This document shows positions 48,398 to 56,914 of a stretch of 64,000 nucleotides of DNA, piece after piece. The translations under genes were made by a program, and so were the position numbers. This DNA comes from a virus: positions 31,585-95,584 of IMG/VR virus record IMGVR_UViG_3300033149_002817. One strand, 5' to 3'. The first letter of the stretch is position 1. Every line of letters begins with the position of its first letter. The notes beneath the pieces are model-generated. The model saw nothing but the letters and a program-made list of their open reading frames with translations. It did no database searches and was not told the origin of the DNA.

Positions 48398-48444
48398 TTG
48401 ATTTCGTGGTCTCCACATCGTACTATACTTGTGGAGCGAGTGAG
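48398..48444 (+). promoter_or_regulatory. Repeated early promoter element, copy 3
   Basis: TTGATT-17-TACTAT; identical core 48416-48444; one mismatch to copy 2 over the element. Confidence 0.85.
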
Positions 48445-48464
48445 TGAGACGCGGAGACACGAGA

Positions 48465-48611
48465 ATGACGACGACTGAGCAGAGGGCCGACGCGGTGTTG
48501 GCTGAGGCAACTCGGGCAGCACGGGCAGGTGGGTTCCGGAAGGCGGGACAGCTCGCAAGGCGGGCAGCTGGCCTGTACGCCGACGCGCGGCGGGAGAAGG
48601 CGCTGATATGA
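48465..48611 (+). CDS. 48-aa Ala/Arg-rich peptide (not in ORF track)
   Basis: GGAG SD; ATGA-coupled to next gene. Confidence 0.55.
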   Translation: MTTTEQRADAVLAEATRAARAGGFRKAGQLARRAAGLYADARREKALI

Positions 48612-48883
48612 ATTGGGGTGAAGCGGCAGCTAAGAGATACGACTACGAAGCGCAGCTGTTCGGGTTGTCGCCGGAAGATCAGCGCTCTGAAGACGACGCG
48701 CTACTGTCCGCCGCTGCTGACGATAGCGAGCAGGGCGCAGCCGTCGCTGACGCGCTCGCCGTCGAGGCGGAGGCAGAAGGGGATCACGAGCGCGCCGCGG
48801 ACCTTCGGGCGTCCGCTGACGAGCAGCGTGAGGACGCGAAGCGCTACCGCGCCGAGGTCGATAAGCTCTACGAGGTGAGGTGA
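48608..48883 (+). CDS. Small acidic helical protein
   Basis: Coupled ORF; D/E/A-rich. Confidence 0.6.
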   Translation: MNWGEAAAKRYDYEAQLFGLSPEDQRSEDDALLSAAADDSEQGAAVADALAVEAEAEGDHERAADLRASADEQREDAKRYRAEVDKLYEVR

Positions 48884-49104
48884 TGAAACTACTACCGCTG
48901 GACCGAAGGCTCCGGGAACAAAGCCCCCGGTGGAGCATCGAAGACGGTATTGACGACCTTCAGACCGCGCTCAACATGGCGCGGGCGAACAACGACCGGC
49001 AGCTCGCGCTGATCGCGCGGCTCGCTCACTCGGGCGCGAGGATGGTCGAGTCGGGGCGGAAGCGCCTCGCGGAGAGCGCGGAGATCGAGGCGCTGTTCTC
49101 CTAA
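48880..49104 (+). CDS. Hypothetical protein
   Basis: GAGG SD; coupled; stop overlaps convergent gene. Confidence 0.6.
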   Translation: MMKLLPLDRRLREQSPRWSIEDGIDDLQTALNMARANNDRQLALIARLAHSGARMVESGRKRLAESAEIEALFS

Positions 49105-49460
49105 TCGTCTTCCGGCTCGATCTCATCGGGGGCCAGCGTGATGCTGTTGCCCTCGCCGCTTTGTACAGGGGGAGCCGGCGGGTGGTCGTCCGGTACCGGG
49201 GGAGGCTCGATCACGACCTCCTTCGGCAGCGACGGCGGGGCAGCCTCGAAGGTCGCGCTCGACTTCAGAAACTCGCTGCGCTCGACGCTGTCTTCGGCGA
49301 TGCGAGCGAAGACGTCGGCGACCTCGCGCACCGGATCGTCGGGTGCCCAGTTTCCCTTCTCCAACGCCCACGTCAGACCCCGATGCACGGCATACACCGC
49401 CCGGATGTCCATCTCGACGTTGTAAGTGACGTGAGGCTGAGCTTTTATGAACGTGGACAT
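49101..49460 (-). CDS. Hypothetical protein with Pro/acidic tail (MSTFIKAQ...)
   Basis: GGAGGGA SD before ATG at 49460. Confidence 0.6.
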   Translation of the reverse strand: MSTFIKAQPHVTYNVEMDIRAVYAVHRGLTWALEKGNWAPDDPVREVADVFARIAEDSVERSEFLKSSATFEAAPPSLPKEVVIEPPPVPDDHPPAPPVQSGEGNSITLAPDEIEPEDD

Positions 49461-49798
49461 TCTGTTCCCTCCGGTTTTCTCTGCTCCAACTCTACCACGG
49501 TGTGGGCGTCGATCAGGGGCGACACGAGAAGCTCGTCCACCGTCTCGAAGAACAGTCGTGGGGCGCCGCTCATCAGCTGGCCTACGATAGGGGCGATGTC
49601 GTCCACCTGGTACGAAGAGAGGCCCCCTGAGAGGGTTGTGAGGTGGACTACCCCCGGGCCGCTGTTCTCTCCTACCCCAGTCGCGTCCTTCCATCCCGCC
49701 TCGCGCAGCGCCTCGCAGAACGTCGCGACCGTCTCCCGAGCCTGCTCGGGGTCGAGACCGAAGGAGCAGCGAACCAAGGCGACCAGCATCTCCGTCAC
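49445..49798 (-). CDS. Hypothetical protein (start uncertain)
   Basis: Protein-like composition within the minus-strand operon. Confidence 0.5.
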   Translation of the reverse strand: MTEMLVALVRCSFGLDPEQARETVATFCEALREAGWKDATGVGENSGPGVVHLTTLSGGLSSYQVDDIAPIVGQLMSGAPRLFFETVDELLVSPLIDAHTVVELEQRKPEGTECPRS

Positions 49799-49849
49799 CG
49801 GACCCCGGACCGCGATCCCCTCTGCGAGCTGCAGAGAGACGGTGTCGAC

Positions 49850-50005
49850 TCACTCCTCTCCTTCTGCCGGGACGATGGGGTCGAAGGCCCGGCCACCCCA
49901 CCGGTAGAGCCACCCCTCATGAGCGACGAGGTTCCCGGGGCGTGGCGGGTGCTTGTGTACCCTGACGAACTCGGCGGCGGTCGGTGCGTGCTCAGGTGGG
50001 GTCAT
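49850..50005 (-). CDS. Small hypothetical protein (MTPPEH...)
   Basis: GAGG SD; overlaps end of HTH gene. Confidence 0.45.
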   Translation of the reverse strand: MTPPEHAPTAAEFVRVHKHPPRPGNLVAHEGWLYRWGGRAFDPIVPAEGEE

Positions 50006-50423
50006 CGTTCGCTGACCTCTGCTTTCTCTGGTGTCTGTGGTCGATCGCGTCCCCGAGGGCGTCGCTGAGCCCGAGGTTACTGACGACCCAACCGTCGAGC
50101 CAGCCCCCATCCGCTGTGCGCTCTGCGAGCTTGCCCCGCTCGTCTACCACGACGAGCTTCGGTTCCTCTCGTTGTACCATTCGCTTCGCACCCACCGCGA
50201 GGAAGCCGAAGATGCCGTGCTCGTGGACCAGCTCCCGAGTGCGGACATGGTCAGCGACGAAGGCGACAGATAGCGCTTTGAAGACCGCGCGAACGTGCTG
50301 AGGTAGCGCGTCGAGTCGTAGCCAACGTCTCATCCTCTGAGGTTTGACTCCGAGCTGCGCCGCAACCTCTTTGTAGCTCAGCTTTAGCGACCGGAGCATC
50401 AGCCTGATAGAGTCTCCGTCCAT
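49992..50423 (-). CDS. XRE-like HTH protein
   Basis: IR.ML..L.LSYKEVAAQLGV....MRRW. Confidence 0.7.
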   Translation of the reverse strand: MDGDSIRLMLRSLKLSYKEVAAQLGVKPQRMRRWLRLDALPQHVRAVFKALSVAFVADHVRTRELVHEHGIFGFLAVGAKRMVQREEPKLVVVDERGKLAERTADGGWLDGWVVSNLGLSDALGDAIDHRHQRKQRSANDDPT

Positions 50424-51360
50424 GCTCTCACACTTTCGTATACGGCAAAACGACTACCGATGATTCGCTACAACCCCCGTGGTTGAGGGAATCTATAACC
50501 ACCACAAACCCCGTTTTTGAACACCACTGGACGTGTGCAAAGCTCCGTAGAGTCGACCTGTGGGGACATGTAAGCTGAGAGGCAGCAAAGACTTGTGTGC
50601 TGTTTTCGGGCATCCTATGAACACCCTATAAAATCGGATTTTTATATCGAGCATCTAAACACTGAGCACTGAAGGGTTTGCAAAGACGAATGAGCACCGC
50701 TAACGCTACCAATGTTTATTGCTATCATTTTCTTTGAAACTGATTGTTTCGCCCCATCTCTGACACCCGAATATGGCCCATCAATATCCGGGGTTACGAG
50801 GCCGGTTTTCACTGGTACAGAAAAACGATGTCAATAAACTGAGCGCCGGGTTGCCCTCTTCCGCCTTCGACGTGGGGTGAATCCTACTCAACCTGACGGA
50901 TAATCTCCGCAACTCCTGACGGAAACTCAACTTACACACTTGGGAGATTCCCTTAGCGCGGCGGTCGGATTTTTCCTCGCGCGTAAGAAGCTTCTTCTCT
51001 TCGTTCAGAACAGTAAGAAGAACATCAAGATGGAAAACCAATACGGGATGTACCTTTTTGTACAAGTTGAGTAAGCTTAAGCTGTTAGCGAGCGGCGTGC
51101 CAAAAACTCGGCGGAGGAAAAAATTATTTTCGACTGCGGGCATTTGGCTCTCTGGCCGATCAGACAGATGTGACGACACCGCGAGGCTACCATCCGCACA
51201 AGCGTACCCCGCTCAGACTCCCGAGGCGGATTCCAGCCCCGTGTTCCGACATGATCCCGCGTCAGGAGCCCCGGAAGCCCGTCCAGCCCAGCATTCGAGA
51301 GCGGGTAGACGAGGGGTAGGGCGACGAGTATACTCGGCTCGGTTGTGGCGAGGCGAAAGC
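50424..51360. other. AT-richer non-coding region at a divergent strand switch; candidate origin/control region
   Basis: No codon-biased ORF; A/T tracts; several palindromes. Confidence 0.5.
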
Positions 51361-51675
51361 GTGCGATACTGGATCACTCTCATCCTGCTTGGGTTATGGC
51401 TTCTGGCGTTCCCCGCCACGGCTGGGGACGACCCAGCGTACGGTCTGTTCTCCCGCCCCTACTGCCATTGCGACGCCTGCTGTCGGGTCCGTGACGAGAC
51501 GCTCACGAGCTACCAGGTCCGTCTCGCGGGTCGTTCAGGTGGCTTCGTCTTCAGGTTTGTAGTCTTCATTGTTGAGAGTATGAGGTCTGGGAGTTTTCTT
51601 GATAGTGAAGAGGTTGATTTTGTGTCCTTCTCATCGTATCCTGTAGGTGAGGAGGTTCAAACACATGACAAGTGA
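51361..51675 (+). CDS. Possible secreted small Cys-rich protein
   Basis: GTG start; MRYWITLILLGLWLLAFPATA signal peptide; CHCDACC. Confidence 0.45.
   Translation: MRYWITLILLGLWLLAFPATAGDDPAYGLFSRPYCHCDACCRVRDETLTSYQVRLAGRSGGFVFRFVVFIVESMRSGSFLDSEEVDFVSFSSYPVGEEVQTHDK
51614..51642 (+). promoter_or_regulatory. Diverged fourth member of the promoter family, upstream of the replication module
   Basis: TTGATT-17-TATCCT with shared spacer t.gtgtcc....catcg. Confidence 0.65.
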
Positions 51676-52030
51676 CACGGGATGGGGCGGCAGGCGTGAA
51701 GGTGCGGGAGCTAAGCAACGGGAGCCTGAAGGCCCTGGGGTGCCGGTGAAGGTGCGCATCACGGGGCATATGATCGAGCGGCTGGCGGAGGTGAAGCTCA
51801 GGAGCTTCGTAGGCAACCGGCTGATGGAGATCGCGGCCCCGGCGACCCGCAGCGACTGCATGCGGCACGCGATGCACCTTGGGCTGAGCATTCACACCGC
51901 GCTGATCGAGCGGAAGCCCGAGAAGCTGCTCGGCCCGCTGCAGACCGCGCTTGAGGCGTCGAACGATATCGGACGGAAGGGCGTCCGCGAGGCGCTCCAG
52001 ACGCTGAAGGACGCCCTTCGGCAGCGGTAG
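51665..52030 (+). CDS. DNA-binding protein (WGGxRxGAG motif, ribbon-helix-helix-like)
   Basis: GAGGAGG SD; WGGRREGAGAK, VKVRIT..MIERL, RSDCMRHA. Confidence 0.65.
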   Translation: MTSDTGWGGRREGAGAKQREPEGPGVPVKVRITGHMIERLAEVKLRSFVGNRLMEIAAPATRSDCMRHAMHLGLSIHTALIERKPEKLLGPLQTALEASNDIGRKGVREALQTLKDALRQR

Positions 52031-52037
52031 GATCGGC

Positions 52038-53912
52038 ATGCGCGTAGAGCTACGCTATGGACCGGTATGGACGGGGTTCTTCGCTTCAGGTGCAGACGCG
52101 AGCTTCGCCATCCACAAGCACATGGGGCAGGTGCCCAACCCGCGGTTTCGCGCCGGAGGGGATGAGCCGCGGTTCTACAACTTCCTCAAGGGCGGACAAT
52201 TTCTCACGGGTCTGACGGATTGGGTGGAGCCGAAGCTCGTCGCCGACGGCGTTGAGGTGGTCCGCACGGACTTCCCCGAGTGGCCCGCGGTCAACGGCTG
52301 GAAGCCGGACCTGCTCGGCTCTGACCTCACGCTTCGCCCCTACCAGGTCGAGGCGGTCAAGGCTTGCATAGTCGGCGGCAGGGGCGTCGTGGAGATCGCT
52401 ACCGGTGGTGGGAAAACCCTCGTGTCTAAGGCGCTCACGAGAGCCCTGGGCACGCCGCGCACGCTCTTCCTGTGCCCGGACACGGCGGCGCTTCGCGACA
52501 TGTACCGGCGGTTCTCATGGGTCTTCGGTCGTGAGCTTGTCGGGCGCTACGGTGAGGGCTACTCGGACTCCGATCGGCAGATTGTCATCGCGACCGTCCA
52601 GGGGCTTATGAACGGGCTCAAGCGCGGTCGCAGCATCGTGACGGAGCTGCTTGAAGACATTGAGCTGCTCTTCGTTGACGAGGTCCACCGGTACGCGACG
52701 GCAGACGCTTGGCGGGAGGTGATCCTCTACTGCCGGGCTGCGCGCCGCATTGCGCTCAGCGGCACACCGTTCAACGCCGGCAGCGGTCCCTACGATCCTG
52801 AAGACATGGTGGTGCGGGGCCTCGCTGGCCGCACGCTGGTGAAGCTCTCGGTGAGCAAGCTCACGGAGATGGGCTATCTCACGCCGTGCTCGTTCATTCG
52901 GTTCCCGGCCGGCGGAGAGGACAACTACGTTCGGAGCTGGAACTGGGCTACGGTCTACAAGGAAGGCATCGTCCGCAACATGGAGCGCAACGAGCGCATC
53001 GTCACCTTGGCGACGAACCTCGCGGACGCTGGAGCACGCCCCCTTGTCACCATCGACCATCTCGATCACGGTCGGGCGCTGCAGTACATGCTGCTCGCGA
53101 ACGGCATCCTGTCGGTGTGTGCGTACGGGTCCGGGGCGCTCTTCGTTCCTCGCGAGCTGCTCGACGCTTTTGGGCCGGTCAAGTACACCGCTCCCGGCGT
53201 CAAGAGGGGGCAGCGGTGGATACCCTACATTGACCTCGTTCGGCACACGGAGAGTCGTTTCGTCCGCATTGAGGCGGACAAGCATCCGGAGGCGGAGGTG
53301 CGGGTACGGGAGCTATTTGAGGAGGGCGCGGTCGCAGTTCTCATCGGCTCCCGGATCTTCGACGAGGTGCAGAACATACCCTTCCTGACCGATCTCATCA
53401 CGGCGGCAGGCTACAAGCGGGGTAAGCGTGTTCGTCAGCGCATCGGGCGCGTGCTGCGGCTGTACCCGGGGAAGACGGCGGTACGTGTTTGGGATCCTCA
53501 GGATACGGTCCACAAGTTCCTCTCCAAGCATTCGGAGGAGCGGGAGTCGGTTGCGCGAGACGAGGGTCATCGGGTAGCTGATGGTCGGGTCGCTCCTGCA
53601 GAATGCCTCCTTCGGTTTCGAGACGTGCTTCCGAGGTACCTCAGGAGGGCTGACGTGCAGCTCACGAGCGTGAGTGTGAAGGTCGGGATGAGCTTGCCGT
53701 TGCAGAACGGTGCGATGGCTCACCCCGAGGTGGAGCTTACCGCGGCGCTTGACGAGGGCGAGGACGGTAAGGCAGTGGTTCAGCAGCTGGGCGTCAAGGC
53801 GCTCGGTGCTTGGTTTCAGGAAGCGCACAGACAGTCCTACTGGCTGTCGCAGGTTGCGACCGCGGGCGTGCAGGCTTCGCTGGCACAATTCATCGAGCAT
53901 CGCAAAGGGTAG
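52038..53912 (+). CDS. SF2 DEAD/H helicase, UvsW-like
   Basis: LRPYQ, ATGGGKT, DEVH, SGTP, QRIGRVLR. Confidence 0.92.
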   Translation: MRVELRYGPVWTGFFASGADASFAIHKHMGQVPNPRFRAGGDEPRFYNFLKGGQFLTGLTDWVEPKLVADGVEVVRTDFPEWPAVNGWKPDLLGSDLTLRPYQVEAVKACIVGGRGVVEIATGGGKTLVSKALTRALGTPRTLFLCPDTAALRDMYRRFSWVFGRELVGRYGEGYSDSDRQIVIATVQGLMNGLKRGRSIVTELLEDIELLFVDEVHRYATADAWREVILYCRAARRIALSGTPFNAGSGPYDPEDMVVRGLAGRTLVKLSVSKLTEMGYLTPCSFIRFPAGGEDNYVRSWNWATVYKEGIVRNMERNERIVTLATNLADAGARPLVTIDHLDHGRALQYMLLANGILSVCAYGSGALFVPRELLDAFGPVKYTAPGVKRGQRWIPYIDLVRHTESRFVRIEADKHPEAEVRVRELFEEGAVAVLIGSRIFDEVQNIPFLTDLITAAGYKRGKRVRQRIGRVLRLYPGKTAVRVWDPQDTVHKFLSKHSEERESVARDEGHRVADGRVAPAECLLRFRDVLPRYLRRADVQLTSVSVKVGMSLPLQNGAMAHPEVELTAALDEGEDGKAVVQQLGVKALGAWFQEAHRQSYWLSQVATAGVQASLAQFIEHRKG

Positions 53913-53923
53913 GCGGCGCACCC

Positions 53924-55387
53924 GTGATCGAGGAGACAGCCGCAAATTACGATTTTGGTACTACTTTTCAGTTCTCCGCAGTCGCGATGGCACTGCGAGA
54001 TCCGGATTTCCTGAAGCTGTACGGGGATGTCTTCAATCCCAGCTACTTCACGCATGTCAACCTCAGCACAATTGCTGATTTACTGAAGCGACACTTCGAG
54101 CGCTTTCAGCATACGCCGAACATCGATGCCCTGGAGGCTTCGTGTAGTGAGCACGCGCGGAAGTACGGTGGTGAAGCTGACAAGGCGGCTACGCTACGCG
54201 CTGAACTACACCAGCTGATAATCAACCTCTGCGATCTGTCACTCAACGATGCTCAGTATATTCGAGAGCGGATGGTTGCCTTCGCGCAGGAGCAGGCGTT
54301 GAAGCATGCGATCCACGAGGGCATCCGGCTGATCGAGAAGAAGGAAGAAGGCGACTACACGCAGTACCGGGAGGTCGTCGAGAGGGCGCTGCAGGTCGGT
54401 GTGGCTCGCGAGGCGGGTATCACCTACGAGGACGTCGCGCCCGACCTGACGGCATACATTCGCACGTCAGGCGTATATGACCCCGCACGTAAAGTGCCCT
54501 TCGGTCTGGCGCAGCTCGACCGCGAGATCAAGGGTGGCATCGGTGCTGGGGAGTTAGCGGTTGTCGGAGGCCGGGCCGGGCTCGGCAAATCAACGCTACT
54601 CGTGAATCTCGGCAAGTCGGCGATGTTCACCTTTGGCAACCAGAGCAAGAGCAACGGCCGCCGCCCGCGTGCTGTCGTTCACGTGACGCTTGAGCTGAAG
54701 GAGCCGGACGTCGCGGTCATGTACTCGGCGCTGCTCGCGGGCGTCACACGTGACGATCTTGTCATGGGTACGGACGCGTACAAACCTCGGATACAATCGG
54801 TGCTCGACGACGTTGCGCCGCTCTTCATACGCTACTTCTCTTCTGCGTCAATCGGAACGAATGAGTTGGAGTGGTACGTCAGTAGCCTGACATTGCAGAA
54901 GGACGTAGACATCGGGTTGCTGATCGTCGACTACGCGGACCTCCTGAATGACATAGGCGGCAAGCGCGGTGACGACACGTACCGCGGTGCAGGGGCCGTC
55001 TACAGCCGACTCATCAACATCGGCGACAAGTTCGGCTGTGCCGTTGCGACGGCGACGCAGATCAATCGTGAGTGGGCGTACGAGAGCGTCGTCGACCTGC
55101 GTGGCGTTGCGGATTCCTTCTTGAAGGGTGCGCACGCGGACATCTTCGTGCTGATGGGACAGTCGCACGTGGACGCGAAGCTTGGTGTCGTCAAGCTCTT
55201 CCTGGGCAAGAACCGACGCGGTGCGTCCAACAAGACAATCCTCTGTGGGCACAACGGTGCTCTCGCGTACATCCGAGAGTTGGGGCCGGAGGAGATCGAG
55301 GTCTTCAAGAAGCACGTCGCCGATCACGCTGACGACGAGGTCCGCAGTCCGAGGGACCGGGGAGGGGGCTGGCGTGGGCGGCGTTGA
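53924..55387 (+). CDS. Replicative helicase, DnaB/gp41-like
   Basis: GRAGLGKS, VTLEL, IVDYADLL, ATQINR, KNR. Confidence 0.9.
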   Translation: MIEETAANYDFGTTFQFSAVAMALRDPDFLKLYGDVFNPSYFTHVNLSTIADLLKRHFERFQHTPNIDALEASCSEHARKYGGEADKAATLRAELHQLIINLCDLSLNDAQYIRERMVAFAQEQALKHAIHEGIRLIEKKEEGDYTQYREVVERALQVGVAREAGITYEDVAPDLTAYIRTSGVYDPARKVPFGLAQLDREIKGGIGAGELAVVGGRAGLGKSTLLVNLGKSAMFTFGNQSKSNGRRPRAVVHVTLELKEPDVAVMYSALLAGVTRDDLVMGTDAYKPRIQSVLDDVAPLFIRYFSSASIGTNELEWYVSSLTLQKDVDIGLLIVDYADLLNDIGGKRGDDTYRGAGAVYSRLINIGDKFGCAVATATQINREWAYESVVDLRGVADSFLKGAHADIFVLMGQSHVDAKLGVVKLFLGKNRRGASNKTILCGHNGALAYIRELGPEEIEVFKKHVADHADDEVRSPRDRGGGWRGRR

Positions 55388-56342
55388 CAAGATCGTGCAT
55401 CGGCTGCGCGGTAAGCTCGGCGCGCCTATGCAAGCTCCCGGCGACGAGTGGCGCTTCAATAGCCCCTTCCGTCAGCACTTCCACAACCCGGGCAAGGATG
55501 ACACGGGCGGGCATCTCTACGTCAACCCTGACCGTGGCAAGTTTATCTGCTACAAGAGCGGCCTGTCGGGCGGTATGGAGCATCTGTTCAGGTTGCTCGG
55601 GCTCGACTACGAGGGAGCCGAAGACGAGGTCACGCCGGTACCGACGGCGGAGCTGCGTGAGCGTCTGACGGCTCTCGACGCGCCGGTCGACACTTCTGTG
55701 CCGACGAACGACCTCCCCGACTTCTATGAGCCGGTGCGTTACGGCGGGTGCGTGTACGACTACCTCCATCACGAGCGTAACGTGTCCGACGAGGACATCG
55801 TTCGGTACCGCTTGGGGCAGGGCACGGTCAGCTCTGGACAGGATCACATCCTTGTCATCCCAAGCTTCGATGAGGAAGGTCAGTGTGAGTTTTGGCAGAC
55901 CCGTCGGACGGACGGGGTAGAGTCGAAGGTGAAGTACCGCAACCCGCCTGGGTCGAAGCGTCGGTTTCACGTTGGTTTCATCGAGGTCGCGCGCGCGGTC
56001 GGCACGACTGTCGTCATAACCGAAGGCGGCTTCAGCGCTATAACTACTGGGCCTGACGCGGTTTGTATGTACGGAAAGTTCATATCGGACTACCAGCTTT
56101 TGAGGCTACGGAATCGAGGCTTTCATCGTATAATCATCGCACTGGACGGCGATGTCCCCACGAAGACCGTTGTCAGCGTAGCGACACGGGCACTGGGGTT
56201 TGGGTTGGACGTTGGTTATGTGGCGATGGCGTACAAGGACGACCCGGACGACATAGGGCGAGACGTGATGCGAAGACGGATCAATGAGGCGCAGCCGCTT
56301 ACTCGGACTGGCCTTCTTCGTCTTCGCCTCGCACGTCTATGA
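55374..56342 (+). CDS. DNA primase, DnaG/gp61-like (TOPRIM)
   Basis: KYRNP, ITEG, LDGD, KDDPDD; degenerate Zn-binding N-terminus; GGAGG SD. Confidence 0.88.
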   Translation: MGGVDKIVHRLRGKLGAPMQAPGDEWRFNSPFRQHFHNPGKDDTGGHLYVNPDRGKFICYKSGLSGGMEHLFRLLGLDYEGAEDEVTPVPTAELRERLTALDAPVDTSVPTNDLPDFYEPVRYGGCVYDYLHHERNVSDEDIVRYRLGQGTVSSGQDHILVIPSFDEEGQCEFWQTRRTDGVESKVKYRNPPGSKRRFHVGFIEVARAVGTTVVITEGGFSAITTGPDAVCMYGKFISDYQLLRLRNRGFHRIIIALDGDVPTKTVVSVATRALGFGLDVGYVAMAYKDDPDDIGRDVMRRRINEAQPLTRTGLLRLRLARL

Positions 56343-56914
56343 CGGGGGACGGTGTGGACGACATGCGCGAACGGTTGGAGGCTCTCGCGAAGAACTTGCG
56401 GGGTCTCGTGGATACGGCGCGTCGGAAGTTTAGCTGCCCGAGCTTCATTGATACAGACGACGTGCTCTACACGTCGCTTATTCCTGTCGAGGAGGCGACA
56501 AGACCGTTCCCGATCGGTAGCAGCGACTGGCGGAACATCAGCACTGCGATCGTCAGGCGCACGTGCATCAACGTCATGCGGAGCTGGATCGGCCGGAGGG
56601 TCGTGCGTAAGTCTGTGCATATGGACGACGACTTCTTCAATTCGCTGCTGGCACCGTCGGAATGGGATCCCGTGACGGTTGCGGTGATCTCCGACGAGGT
56701 CGACTACCTGCAGCAGCTCGTTGGGTTCAGCGAATCCTTTACTGCCCTCCTTCGTACCTGCGCACACACGGGTCAGCGGATCACGCCGACACTCGTCGCG
56801 CAGTCCCTCGGTTGTGGAGACGGAAGCGCACGGTACCAGCTGCGTAGGCTGCACGATGAGGCGCGGCGCATCTACCCGAATGCACCATTGAAGAGGGGAT
56901 GCGCGTGCAGCTGA
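56339..56914 (+). CDS. Divergent sigma70/ECF-like factor
   Basis: Region 2-like DTDDVL...EAT..F...IVRR..IN.MR; C-terminal HTH VAQSLGC..SARYQL. Confidence 0.5.
   Translation: MTGDGVDDMRERLEALAKNLRGLVDTARRKFSCPSFIDTDDVLYTSLIPVEEATRPFPIGSSDWRNISTAIVRRTCINVMRSWIGRRVVRKSVHMDDDFFNSLLAPSEWDPVTVAVISDEVDYLQQLVGFSESFTALLRTCAHTGQRITPTLVAQSLGCGDGSARYQLRRLHDEARRIYPNAPLKRGCACS

Noticed and set aside
46701-48444. Three identical 29-nt repeats as a CRISPR array
   Set aside because: Intervals are over 800 nt and protein-coding, the repeats carry -10 boxes, and no cas genes are present
50781-51360. ORFs 50781-51179 (-) and the 5' part of 51058-51675 (+)
   Set aside because: No SD, atypical codon usage and no motifs; likely chance frames in non-coding DNA
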